Source: Raillietiella orientalis
Taxonomy: Eukaryota
Reading direction: 5' to 3'
Assembly (NCBI GenBank): GCA_036172245.1
Contig: JAYWIR010000003.1
Span: forward strand, 3,100,001 to 3,164,000
Length of the DNA stretch: 64,000 bases
A program made the translations under genes and the position numbers. The stretch's first letter is position 1. Every line of letters begins with the position of its first letter. Under the pieces are notes generated by a model. The model had not been told where the DNA came from. It searched no databases and saw nothing but the letters and a program-made list of their open reading frames with translations. Shown here one piece after another: positions 46,601 to 59,054 of the stretch.

Positions 46601-49600
46601 TCTCCCTCTGCTGGTTGTCGATGGTGTCCTGCAGCTTGACCAGCTGCTGCTGGAGCTTCTCCTGCGCCAGGGTCGCTCTCTCGGCCTCCTCCTTCATCTT
46701 GCCGATCTCCAGGAGCGCCCGATCGTGGTCGGCGTGCACCCTGGCCAGCGTGCCCTGCGCCCGGTCCTGCTCCGCCTGGAGGGCCTCCTTCTCCGACTGG
46801 GCGTTCTCGAGCCTGGCCCGGAGCCGGTAGATCTCCCCTTGGGACTTCTCCAGTTTCCCCTGCATCTGCTCCAGCTCGGCCGCTGTCCTCTCGAGGTCGC
46901 TCTGGCTGATGCGCAGCTCCGCCTGAGAGCGGCGCAGGTCGGCCTGCATCTTCTCCAGCTTCCCCGCCGTTCCTCCTCCTCCCCCGCTGCCGCCTCCGCC
47001 GCCTTCGGCCTCCCTTGGACCGCAGACTCCGACTCCCCAGGAACGGTGGTGGTGGTGGAGCAGCGAACCGGAGGGGGAGCCGCCAGCCGCCGCCACCGCC
47101 GCCTCCAGGCGTTCGTTCTCGGAGCGTAGGCGCTCGTTCTCAGCCTCGAGCTGGCTCAGGCGCACCCGGCCCGCGTCCCCTGCCTCGAGGCGGTGTGTCC
47201 GGTCGAGCTCAGCCTTGCACTTGCCCAGGTCGGACTGCGAGGCCTCCAGTTTGGCCTCCAGCCGGTCCTTCTCCACGTACAGGCGCTCCACGCGCAGCTG
47301 CAGCTTCTCCAGCTCGCTCGCCTGCGTGTGCAGCCGGATCTTGTGGTCCGCCACGTCCCTCTCGTGCAGCTCCCTCTCTTCCTGCTTCTCGTGCTCCGCA
47401 CGGTCCCTCTGCTCCCGCAGCTGCTGCAGCTGTTTGTCTCTGTCCGACAGCGCCTCCTCCAGGGACGTCACCGCGCCCTCCGAGGTGCTCTGATGAGCCT
47501 GCACGCAGGCCAGCCGCGTTCGCACCATCTCCACCTGGTTGTCCTTCTCTTTCAGCAGGTCCTCCAGGTTCTCCACCTACGTACAGAAGCCCTCCCCGTC
47601 GGGAATCCGGCATCAGGGGCAGAAGAGAGCGGCAAAGCGGGGGGGAGGGGGAGGGACCACCCGAGCTTCTTCCCTGCTGGGGCGCCGCGCTGTCCCCCGG
47701 GGTCGACGTGGCAGCCCGGGAGGGGAAGGGACGAAGAGGGATCCAGCGCTCGGTTCCGGGGGGAAAGAGGCCGGAAGTGGAGGGCGGAAGTGGCGGTCCC
47801 CACCGCCTTGGTGTCGTTTCCCCTTCCTGCTATCCCCGCCCGGAGGGTGTCCCCTTTCTTCACGAGGGAGGGGATAGATCCTCCATAGAGGACCGGTAAT
47901 GGCGAGGGGAGGTGGTGGCGTGCGCGGGGAAGGCACCCACCTTTCTCTGTAGGACGTTCAGCTTCCTCTCTTTGATGTCCATCTGGTCCTTGAGCTCGTT
48001 CAGCTCGGCGTGAAGACGGTTGCGCTCCTGGACCGCCTGCGCTGCCTGCTGCGTCTTCTTCTCGATGACCTTATTCTTCTCTTCCAGCCTCTGTCGCAGC
48101 TCCTCCACCTGGACAGAAAACAGGCGTCTCTGCTGGACTGCTCCCTATTAGCTCAAGGGCCGCTCTGCGGCAGGAAAAAGAACGCTCCCTCTCCGGCACC
48201 TTGCGCCCTCCCCGCAGCTCCTGAATGTGGCAGAGAGAGCTCCGTCCCTAGCATCTTTGGCAACGCAGTCCGTCCTCCCTCCTTCCCAGGTCCTTGTCCT
48301 ATTCCCTTCCTTCTCCTCTTCCTTTCCTCTTCGTGACCCCTACGACACCAGCTGAGCGCGTCCGTGCTTCGTTACAGCGCTCCTGGACGCGAGACCAATC
48401 CTATGGAAGCGAACTGATGACGTCACGAAACCGTTCGCTTGCGGCGCACCCCGAGAGCCAGTAGACACTCCTAAGCTCGCATATCTCCCGTCTTCTCTTT
48501 CCCGCCCTTTCCAAAAAGGGATCTAGGAAGGAGAACAGGAAGGATAACACCCCTTTCTACGACGGGGACCCTTGCAAAATCCAGTCATCTCCTGTAGCGA
48601 TCGAAAGCGGGAGAAAAAGGGTTCATGAAGATGAAGAGCGCGGAAATAGACGATCTTTTCTTCTTCCGCTTGGATCGCCAAACACCGTCTCTTCTGTACC
48701 CGACTCCTTTGTCACCGTCTCTCTTACCGTCATCTCCTCTGTTCCTGTCTCCCTTGCCACCACCTCCTCTTTCATCATTCCTTCTGCCCCCTTCTTTCTC
48801 ACCACCGTCTCCTTTGCCGCCGGCTCTCCTGCCTCCATCGTTTTTGACTCCATTTCTTACTCGTGTTGTTTTTATTGTCGTCTTCGTTCCTCTTCCTGTT
48901 GCTCTTCCGTCTCGTTCTCTGCCCCGCCGCATGCCCGAACCGCCATCTCCTGCAGGTCGGCTCGTGCATGCCGTAATTTCCCGAGATCACCCGCTCTAAC
49001 CACCCGGCTTGATTTCGCGTTCTCCTCCCTTCAGTCCTTCTCCCAGTAGGTCGAGTTCATCCGTAGTGGGAGGCGAGTCAGCATCTCACTGTCAGCCACG
49101 GAACTGTGGCCCTCTAGCAAGTTCCCGGAGCGATTTTCGTACCAGCGTGGCACCTCACTCCGTTCCCGTGCTCTAGCAAAGCTCCCCGAGCGAGCATTCG
49201 TCGCGTTCCCAAGGGTGCCTCGTCCTCCTCGCTGACCCTCAGGTGTATCTCAAACGAGGAGAGGGAAAACTTCTGAAAAGAACCTGGATTCTGGGAAGGG
49301 AACGGTCCTCCCTCACTCTCTTTGCCTCCTCTTCGGAAGGCGAGTCTCCTTCCGCTGAGACCGCGGACTGCTGTGGTCCTACTGGATGTCCAGCATGTCC
49401 CAGCCGTGCAGCTCCTTCGAAGGATGCGTCAGCATCAGCACTCCCTCCCCTGCTCCCATCCCGAGGTGTCGACACGCGTAACGAACCCAAGAAGTCCCTC
49501 CCTCTCTCCTTGACTACCGCACTTACGTCGCTCTGGAGCATGTTGTAGTGCTCCTCCTTTGCTGCCAGGGACTCCTTTAGTACGGCTATGTGCTTCTGGT

Positions 49601-52600
49601 AATCAGCCTGCTGCTCCTCCACGGACTTCAGCTTGGTTGCCAGAGTGAAGATCTCTTGGTCCCGCTTCTCGATCTCCTGCCTTCCGGCATCCACCTGCAA
49701 AACGCAGCTTCTGTCTGCTGGCATATGCGGAGCGCGTGAGGCCGAGGGGGTAGAGGGTGGTTCTGCGAAACCGTGGTCTCCGCTGACCTGAGCCCCGTGA
49801 GCAGCAGCTCCTTCCCCCGTGGGTCGGTCGGAAAGCTGGAGGGAGGGGAAGGTTGGCGTACCACACCGCACGAACGTGCCAAGTAAGGGAGCGCCCGGGA
49901 AAGGGCTCTCGCACGGCAAGGACGAGGGAATAGGCGGAAAGGGAAGGAAGGCTCTTGTCAGCCTTTTCTTCCTTCCGGCTCATCGAAGGCGAATTCTCAG
50001 GCTTCCCTCGGCAGGAAATCGCCAGTACCTCGGCGGACTCCAGGCTGGGGGCGCGCTTACAAGAGACCTGCATCTCCGGAACGTGCGGACGGAATCTCGT
50101 AGGCAACCAGCAGCACTCAAGAAGCACGTCCGTTCGGTTTGGGCGGCTTCTGCAACATGGCTGCAACATGATGGGATCTTCGGAGGAACAACCGCGAGCA
50201 CAGTTCTCTGCTTTCATGGAAAGAAAGGGGAGCTCGGAGTAGTCAAGGGAGGGAGAGTGGAGGACGGGATGGCTCCCATCCCTGAAGGGGAGGGAAGACT
50301 CGGGTGGACAATGGCTTGTCCTCGGACGCGCCGGAGGACCGCATTCCGGCTGGAGGAGGATCGACACCACATGTGCGCGAGGATCGAAAATGCAAGGATC
50401 AGATGCAATCACCTGCTTCTGCACGGCCAGCTGCATCTGCTGGAACGTCTGCCTCTCGTCATCTTTGGCTGGATAAAGACAAACACAGAGATTAAAAGCC
50501 GTGAAGGGACACGGTCAGAATTTGCAGAATGAATTCGAAGGTACCAGACACAGAGAATCCGAGGGACAATCGCGGTACATCCCAGCAACAATCGCAGTGC
50601 ACTGCAGCGACAATCGCGGTGCGTTCCGGCAACAATCGCGGTGCGCCCCGGCAATAATCGCGGTGCGCCCCCGCAACAATCGCGGCGCACTGCAGCGACA
50701 GCCGCGGTGCGTCCCAGCGATCGTGATCAAGCACTCCACTTCCAGTCTATCAAATTACTGTCTCCTCTGCTCTGGAGAAGTTCCAACAGCTTCTTGATAC
50801 TTTCGTCCCTGGTGGCGATCGTTTGCTTTTGACTGTCGATGCGCAGCTCCAGCTCCTGCAAAGAACAGGCCAAAGATCAGATCTCTTTCTCCCGAAAGTA
50901 CTTGGCTTCCTTTTCTTGGTCTCTGTACAGAGCTCGCATTCCGCTCCGATCCCGTCTCCCCAGCTACGCAGAGCAAGCGTCCCCCCCTTGCAAGGACGCT
51001 GAGGGTGCCTCGGCAGTCCCACGCTCCGGAGCTTTGGAGCAAAGGAAAACGGAGGGAGTTCCAGCGCTGGCTCCTGGTGCGCGGCACGACTGCGCGGCAT
51101 CGCCATTTCGCCTTCCGTGCCACCGCGCTCCAGCCGCCGTCCTGCCGCACCAGGATGTCAACGTGGCACCATCTGAGGTTGTCTCCATCAAAGGAAAGGG
51201 GAAAATTGGGAGGGACTCTGGGACTTCAGATGTGGTTTTTCTGGCGCCCCTGTCGCCATCCCACCCCACCCCACCCCTCGTTCGCGTGTGGACCTCTGTA
51301 TCCTCTCAGAGGGGCTCGGGTTTGCAGCGGCGCGGGATAGCGCACTCCTTCGGGCTTACCTTGACCGTATCCTTCAGAATAATGACCTCCCTGGCGAGGT
51401 GCTCGTTCTCAGAGAGCAGAGACTCCACCTGCTGCCGCATCTCCGCAGAGGGCGCCTGCTGGTGCATGCGTAGGCGGAGCTCGTCCTCCAGCTGCCGGAT
51501 CAGCATCGTCTGTTTCTGGAAGAGGGAGAGGTGGGCGAAAAGAGCAGAGACCCTCTATTTTCCACCACTTGCCTCTAAGACCTTCCCTCCCTCCCTCCAG
51601 GCAAAAGGAGCGCCCCGTGGAGCTCCTTCGCAGTTCAGGAGGTCCCTGACTTACTCGAATCGCTCCTAATCCTCCTTCTACCGCGAGGAGTGGCGAAGGC
51701 TTGGGCGGTTGCCGGGGTGAACGCCTAGGCTCATCGCATCCCGTCTTCTACCGTGTCCCTCTCTGCCGCGCCACGCCCGACCCTCCCGCTGCGAAGGCAC
51801 GCATACCGCCGCGCCAGCTCTCTCCGTGAACAGTCCCTCCCCTCCTCCCGCGAGAAAGAAAGGGTCGGGAAAAGGGGGAGGGGATGGTGCCAGCGTCGAA
51901 ACCTTTTGGGGGGAGCAGAGGAGAATGCGAGCCTTCGCCTCCTCTCCTTTTTCCGACCAACCTCCCTGCCCACCTCCGCCCCCCCGCAGCCTCAAGTGGG
52001 AAGTGGCGAGGTGAAGGGGCGGCATTTTCTCTCTGGGCAGCGCTAGGGGAGGTCACCCCAGGCTGCGCGCACCGAGGAAGGGGGAAGGTTCCAGCGGATC
52101 CGAGACGGGTTGCGAGGATGAGGAGAAAGGGAGGAGGAAGAAGGGAGGAGGCGAGGAGCGGGTGGCCAGCGAGCCGGGAGGAAAGACGTACAGGAGGAAC
52201 ACCTTTCCCGTGGGATTTGTGAGGTGAAGTCGGTTTCTTAGTCAAGAGACGACGAGGGGCACGAGGCAGAGAAATTCCCGCCCTCCTCCACGGGAGTCAC
52301 GCTGAGGGTGCTGACCAGGGAGCGCTTCCTACTCTCGCAGCATACATGTCTGGCTGCACGTGTCACACGACATTCAAAGAGAAGAGCTCGTCCTCCTCGT
52401 TTTTCCAAGGAAGAAATGAGGGACCAAGATGGGGTCGGTTCCGCAAGACACCAAGAGGAAGTCTTTGTCATGACGCGGGCAAGACGGAGTCGCCGCCACG
52501 ATTACAGTCGTGAGGCGCCGGCTCTCAAGCTACGCACGCACGCGCGAGAGAACCCCGGAGATCCGCTTGCAGCCTGACCTGAGCATCGCGAACAACGAGC

Positions 52601-55600
52601 GGGGTAGAGCGAGCGCGCACACGTCCCACGTCTGCGTTGCCCCGCGCTCCTCCGGGACGGCGATGAACGTGTGCTCTGTCTCGCACTGGCAGCTGGGCAC
52701 GGAAGCGTGCCATCGGATCACGTGCGAACGCACGCACGGACACGCACTCGCAAACGACGTCTCCTCCTCCGCTTCCGTTTCCGACCGGAAGTCTACGGAT
52801 GTTTCCGCTACCGTGCAAAACGGCCGAGTGCCATCCAGCCGTCGCCAGGCGCTCGCGCCCAGCTCACGAAAGAAACCGCGAGGCGAAACGTGAGGGACGC
52901 TTCGAAAGATTCCCCGTCCCAGAAGGGAGGGGGAGGGGGCGCATGTCTCACTGTTTCCAACCCCTCAACAACGCCACCCCCGCGCGTGCAAATCAGGAAA
53001 CCGGCAGCGTGCTGCGAGATGATCTTGAGGAAGCTCGGAGCGAACGTAGAGGTCAGCTTAGAGTTCTCATGTTCGGAAGCATCCCTGGGAGGATCTTCGA
53101 GGTCCTCACAAGGAGATGAACTTGCGGATGGTTTTAAATCCCTCTTATCGAAGCGCATGACTTCGACAGAAGACGGTACAGAGGTGCACGGCACGCTCGC
53201 ACAAGGATGCTCAAGAAACGTCAGACGAAGAAGCTGCATGTATCGACCGAATGCCACGATCCACGTGCCGGACTCACGAGATGCCTCGATGCGTGATGTC
53301 TCGTTGCCCTTTTCACCCCCGCGCTGCCGTTTACTCGAGAGGCACGTGGGACGTAACTCCAGGGGGCAGTTCCTCGTTCTGAATGGATGCCCTTCGTTTC
53401 CGAAGAGTCTCTCTCCAAGAGTGGAGGAAGGATCTGCTACCGGTTCTCGACGACTTGAGGATGGCTCCACTCCGACAGTTATCTCGAGCACGCATGCGCC
53501 CACAGTGGAAACGAGGAAGCAAGCGTGCACGATGGGAACGCAGCAGAAACTTCCCGTTTCTCGCCACTTGTCCCTTCTCCCCCCCCCTCCTCCGTTCGCA
53601 ACGACGAGGGACCAGGGTGTGTCCGCGTGTCCGCCGACTGCTCTCGCAAGGACGCGTGCGTGCGCCGAACTGGAATTTCAGAAAGAGTCAGAATACATTT
53701 GGGGTGATCCTCCCGGACAGCCGTGGATGTAAGGTAAAAGCGTCTTTCCGAGTTTCACAGCACCCCAGATCTTCTCCGTGACAGGCGACGCTGCGAGCCG
53801 CACCAGGTTCTCCTCATCCCACCCACGTCTCCCGTCTCCCTGGACGCTGTCCAGCAGTATCGACGGACCGCCTGACGGACCAGGGAACCCCGAGTTTACG
53901 ACTTTCCGAAGTAGTCGGTTATTGCGACATTCAGGCGAGAGTCCTAACAAAGCAGCAAACAAGAGATCTCGGGCTCCGCAGCTTCTTCCCGGGCGCGTAC
54001 ACACAATCGATTGAACAAACGCATCTCGAGAATCTGGGATTTTTGGTTTGATCCCGTGAAACTGCTTTCGCCGAGGAGAGAGAGTGAATCGAAGAAAAAG
54101 TCCCTTGGGTAGAAGAAATCTTTTGATCCTTCACAGACGATGCTGAGGAAAAGGATTTATGTGTGTGCGTGTGTGCGGGGGGGGAGGGTATATATATATA
54201 CGTATATATGCACATCACTTATCCACATTATATATTCAGTGGAACGGAATTTCTGCATGTGCGTATATAATATAGGTATGTCGCTTATATAATATGTGCA
54301 CGCACACACACATGTAAGTGCATTATAACGTGTATATATATTATGGTGCGTACATATATTATAATGCATTATATGTAACGTGAATATATACATACACATA
54401 CATGCACGCACCCACATACACATATTCACAGAGAGCTTGAAAGCACCGAAGGCGAGCAGATAGGGCATTTTCGGATTCATTCCGTCTCTCGGAAATTATT
54501 CATTCTGAATCCTCGGGCAGTGACCACGAGCGTCGTCGGTTAACATGTGCAAAGTATAGGTCCGAAAGCAGCAAATGATGTGTGCGCGCGCGCGTGTGTT
54601 TTCCTTTCATTCTTTTTCTTTTCTGTGCATGAATCAAGCCAAACACTTTCGAATTGGGGGCTGACATTGAAATTCAGAAACTTATATTGATTGGCAAGAG
54701 ATCCCCAACCCCTGCTCTGGGAGAGATTCCTCTCTCCGCCCGCGGCCCTCGCTGGAGCAAGTATTTCACCCGCGATCTGCGCGCCTTGCTCTTTCTCGCT
54801 CGGAAGGATCCCCGTCCGCTGTCCGTCAGATTTTCACCCTCGAGTGCACGCACCACGACCAAGATAACCGCGGGACGCTTCCACCCCCATGGCATCCGAT
54901 CCCATTTACCACTCTGGGCTCGTGGAAAGCGCTTCGAAACCTCGAGAAAATGGTGCTCGGTGCGTCACCGTCGCGATGCCTCTGGCTGCGGCGAAAGGCA
55001 GCTTCACCATTCCGCAAACGGATATTCAGGCGCATCTCTTGGATCTTCGGGGGAAAACGAAAACGAAATCTCAGGATGCCTTTTTCGTTTCTGAGCGTTG
55101 GACCTTTTAGAGGATTTGCCAATGCAACGCAACCTTTCGTGCGCATTAGGACACACACACGCAGTCTCGTTTTCAGAGATCTGCGTTCCGGTTTTGTTCT
55201 GTGTGGAGCTAAAACTTCCCTCTTCCCGCCCCGCTGACTTTCCGGATTCTGCACCGCTCATTTCGAGATGCAGCTTCCCCGATCTCCACCATCCACTCCT
55301 CCGTTATTCCGGGTGGTAGACTTATTGCCCTGAATAATGCAGAGGAGAGCTTGGTTCCACCTTGCTACTGATGGATGCTTGGTATTTCCTTTTGGTATTC
55401 AGAAAAACATCGCCGGCAAAAATCCTCATTTCGGGATTTTTCGCGGATGAGGAATGCTTGAATAAACCTCCGCAGTTCATCCTCTTTGGGATTTGAGTAA
55501 GCCATGCATTGCACTTGAACCGTCTCTTGAAGTCGATTTATTTTCGTGCAGAGCACAGAAAATAGATATTAGATATGCGTGTTTAGGCATGCATTTTTAC

Positions 55601-58573
55601 TTTCATTCAGTGGAATGGATGAATTATGTCTGCATGCTTCTGTATCGTGAATTTGATATGTTCTTTAGCGATCAACTTGAAATTTACATTGTGTGATCCA
55701 ATGCATAACTTGGAAAGTATAAAACTTGAAGCCGCGCGTTAAGTTTCCAAAGATGGTACAGAACTAAATTCGGAACCTCTCCTCCGTGTATTCTATTTCC
55801 TCGGATTTTATAAGCATTTTCTACAGCACTTTTTATTGCCTTTACTTCAAGGGTAATGAATACCGCCACACAGTCTATGCACTACTTCTTAAAGCTTTCA
55901 CATCCGATAGGGCGTTTTTTTTCGATGATATTCCTTCCTCTTTCTTTTTCTTTTTCTTTTTTTTTAAAAATCTCTGTCTAGCAGACAGTCGTGGTAAGCA
56001 GTCTTTTATGTATAGAAGCTCTGCAAGCGGCGGCAGGCACACCCTGTCAAACAAGGAATCCATCTTTTGCGCTCCATACCCGGAAACGGATGCCAGGTTG
56101 TAGAAACAAGGCATCATGTACGGGTTATTTGTTTGCCGGGGGGGGGGGGGAGGGATATGGGATATGGGCAAACTAGTTTCGAATGAAAATGAAAAAATGA
56201 TGCTGAACAGCTGAATACATGAGTACGTCTTCCTTTACATGCTCGTGCATGTGTACCGAACACATCGTTATGTACTTTCGGCGAATTCATTTCGAAATCA
56301 GATGGGAACATCGATTTTTATATATATTGCGGGATCGGGAAGCGTGTTCCCATCTTTTCACGATCGTGACATGGCAGTTCATATCAAATGCAAACCCAGG
56401 CAGCAGAAACAAAGCTTCAAGAAACTTCCGGGTTGCAAGGACAATCCCGTCAAAGTGCCCTCTATGCGTGCATCGAAATGTACCGTCGAAATATTGTGGA
56501 AAATGCATCTCGGCAGGACATGGCTGTGGTTCAACAGGGATTCCACGTGTCTGCCGTTGGAAGAAATGAAGACCAAATCGGAAATGGAATTAAGCAAAGC
56601 CGCGCTTGGGAATTGGCATGCCGATATACGACGATTCTACCGACATGTTTCACGACTGCATATTCGACTTTTGCTAACATTTTAGTTATGGTTGGGTATG
56701 AGTTTGGTATTTACGCCTTCCTTTCCCCTGATTCCGTAATTCCCAAATCGAATCCGTGGGATTCGGGTACGCAGACTGAATATTAGTTCCTTCGTATGGG
56801 AAATGTACGCAGACACTGCCCATTACAGAGTTCATAAAATCATTCGATAAAATCGTCCTGCGAGGAAGGATTTTTTTTGCAGGCGTTTGGAAAACTTCAC
56901 GGTTTCCTTTCTGATTATGGCAATGCCATTTGCCACTCGAGTTAGTTATTCACCGCTGACTGGAAGTTTACATATTCACGTATCTATCGCCGAAAGTTTT
57001 TTTTTCTTAGACATGAGATTAATTTGAAATGACTGCTCATAAGTGCTTCCAACTGCTTCGTACAATATCGATTGTGAAACAACTGGCCAATTCCGAAAAG
57101 ATATAAAAAAAATCGAAGTATAATAAATCACGATTAGCATGCAATTTAGACCGCATTATTACTGTACTTTTACTTTCAAAAAAATGAAGATGCCCACGGA
57201 TGCGATCAAAAAATAAACAAATAAATACGTACAGTCCAAAACGCGGAAATTGAAACCAAATTTATGTTTTCATGGATTCCGAATAATACAAACTTTCAGC
57301 TAACTATGACTTACAAGAAGTATCTATAAATTGGCATTTCTAGAGAACGAGGCAGTTTTGCAGTTTTGTGGTGATTTCTTCAAATATGCAAGAGAGCATT
57401 GAATGCTTTCAGTAATAACATGTATGAATCTGTGCAAATTAATGCTAACGAGTAAGTCCCACAAAAATTTGCATTTGTATCATTTATGGTCGTTATCAGA
57501 GTAACATTCATTCTGTTGCAAAATGGATTCGAATTACGATACACGTGTACAAGTTTCATGTCTTCGAGCCGGGCACATTATCATATGCTTTAAAACAAAA
57601 ATTAAGATTATTAAAAAAAAAAAAATATCTAGCAAAGGCACACAAATAATGCTAAATAATTCTAAATCTGTGTCATTTCTAAATTATCAATCTTATAAAG
57701 CAAAAGAGTTCTTACTTGATTTTCGGAATTTAATAGCTTTAACTGATCATTCATTAAAGCATACTTTGCCATTTCTTCTTTGCGCAAAGCTCTTTCCTTC
57801 TTTAGCTCTGGACTCCAGAATGTTTTTATGCTGTGCATACTGGAACCCAACTTATCGTTGCTCATTTCTACATCTTTTCTTAAAGAAGAAAGTTCTCTTT
57901 GTAATTCCTCATTTTGCTTCTGCAGTTCGAGAATGTAGGTATCTCTGGTAATACCATGCTTCATGGACAATTCTCTTTTGGGAGAATGCATTCTGCTGCC
58001 TCTTGATGAATAACGATCGTTGGAAATACCTTCTTCTCCTATATTTGTTCTATCTATCGACTTATCTCTTGCACGGGAATGATGTCCCGATTCCGGAACA
58101 CGTTCATATGAACGATCTCTGTGATCACGAATGGGGACAAATTCTCTTTCAGATACATCTTTATCAGGTGCATAACGGTTTCTAGCCGGAGTATTGGAAC
58201 GATGGGAGTGAACAGGGTTAGATGCTATCAAACTTCTTCTATCAGAAGAGTCCATAACTGGACTGCAGTTTTCTTCGGTATACATATGTCTCTTATACTT
58301 TCCAGAAGAATTCACAAAAAATGCATTGTTAGAGATACTATGGGGGATACAGTTATGGATGAATTGCACAGGAGAGTTATTATTCGAACGAGATACTGCT
58401 CTATTGCTTCGCCTACTATATGCAGAACCATTCTGTGAGGAAAAAAAAGATGAACAATTGTGCGAAGGTGATTTATCAACGTATGGAAGTTCGGTGTGGT
58501 GGTAACTATGCTTCTGAAAAAAGGTTGGAGATTCTGCATGGTGCATGGTAGCAGTTTCTGGGGAATCTTGCAT
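42604..58573 (-). CDS. brp: Bruchpilot-type ELKS/CAST/ERC presynaptic active-zone protein, ~1900 aa
   Basis: 14 exons in consistent phase: 58573-57716, 51515-51360, 50855-50759, 50468-50413, 49694-49527, 48108-47941, 47576-46551, 46496-46344, 46120-45792, 45730-43489, 43375-43226, 43148-42922, 42769-42697, 42642-42604. ELKS motif KLGSSMHSIKTFWSPELKKERALRKEE; BRP-like LIRQLEDELRLRM, DDERQTFQQMQLAVQKQ, HIAVLKESLAAKEEHYNMLQSDVEELR; long coiled-coil extension; C-terminus PVGFLKSLF*. Start Met inferred. Confidence 0.9.
50565..50718 (+). repeat. Minisatellite, 7 x 22 bp (consensus RACAATCGCGGTGCRYYSCRGC), in brp intron 3
   Basis: Units: gacaatcgcggtacatcccagc / aacaatcgcagtgcactgcagc / gacaatcgcggtgcgttccggc / aacaatcgcggtgcgccccggc / aataatcgcggtgcgcccccgc / aacaatcgcggcgcactgcagc / gacagccgcggtgcgtcccagc. 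Confidence 0.9.
54159..54430. repeat. Compound (TG)/(TA)/(CA) low-complexity microsatellite in brp intron 1
   Basis: Alternating purine-pyrimidine runs such as gtgtgtgcgtgtgtgc, tatatatatatacgtatata and catacacatacatgcacgca. Confidence 0.75.
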
Positions 58574-59054
58574 TTCCTCGCAGTCACGTAAACTACACTG
58601 TTGGAGACCAAAGGATCTAAAATGTGAGTCCAACAACCTGTCATATCTATATCTTAGTTCTCAACATCCGATATTAAAATGGTTATATGTAAAGGATTCA
58701 AACGGAAAGGTACGCATCAGCACAATGTAACCACACTTCGTTTTTGATTCCGTTTACTGGAGTTATGCAAGAATAGTCTCGTTGGGGGGAAAATCAATAA
58801 AGTTGCTCATGGCAAGTAGCAAATTGAGGCGCGTTAAAACGAGACTGTTCTTGGACCCCTTTTTTTTTTTTTGGTTTCCCCCCCCCCCCCCGTAAATAAT
58901 TCTGATTAATCACGATGTTCATCTTCCAGGTGAGTGAAAGATTCTTCGAACATTGTGTTTGGTGCTCTTTGTGCACGTGTTCGGTGGCCCGTTGTACCAT
59001 CGGATTTGTATAATTTGTACGTGTAAAAGCCACCGGCAGTTTTAATTTTATTTC
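58574..59054. promoter_or_regulatory. Putative bidirectional promoter region between brp and MED20
   Basis: Divergent start codons ~480 nt apart. Contains a T13 run closely followed by a C14 run and a CACGTG E-box near 58975. Inferred from gene geometry only. Confidence 0.4.

Noticed and set aside
42800..48400. Long plus-strand ORFs (e.g. 43811-44902, 44906-46198, 47015-47899)
   Set aside because: Antisense shadows of GC-rich brp coiled-coil exons; Ser/Arg/Cys-rich with no family motif.
50565..50718. CRISPR-like array
   Set aside because: Units are contiguous 22-mers without unique spacers, there are no cas genes, and the context is a eukaryotic intron.
51700..55300. Many overlapping ORFs, including 52671-53732 (353 aa)
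   Set aside because: Expected from stop-codon scarcity in GC-rich intron DNA; no recognisable domain or codon bias.
38300..55300. Horizontal transfer or prokaryotic insert as the cause of the GC island
   Set aside because: The island contains spliceosomal exons in phase with an AT-rich first exon of the same animal gene, plus a retroelement family also found outside it.
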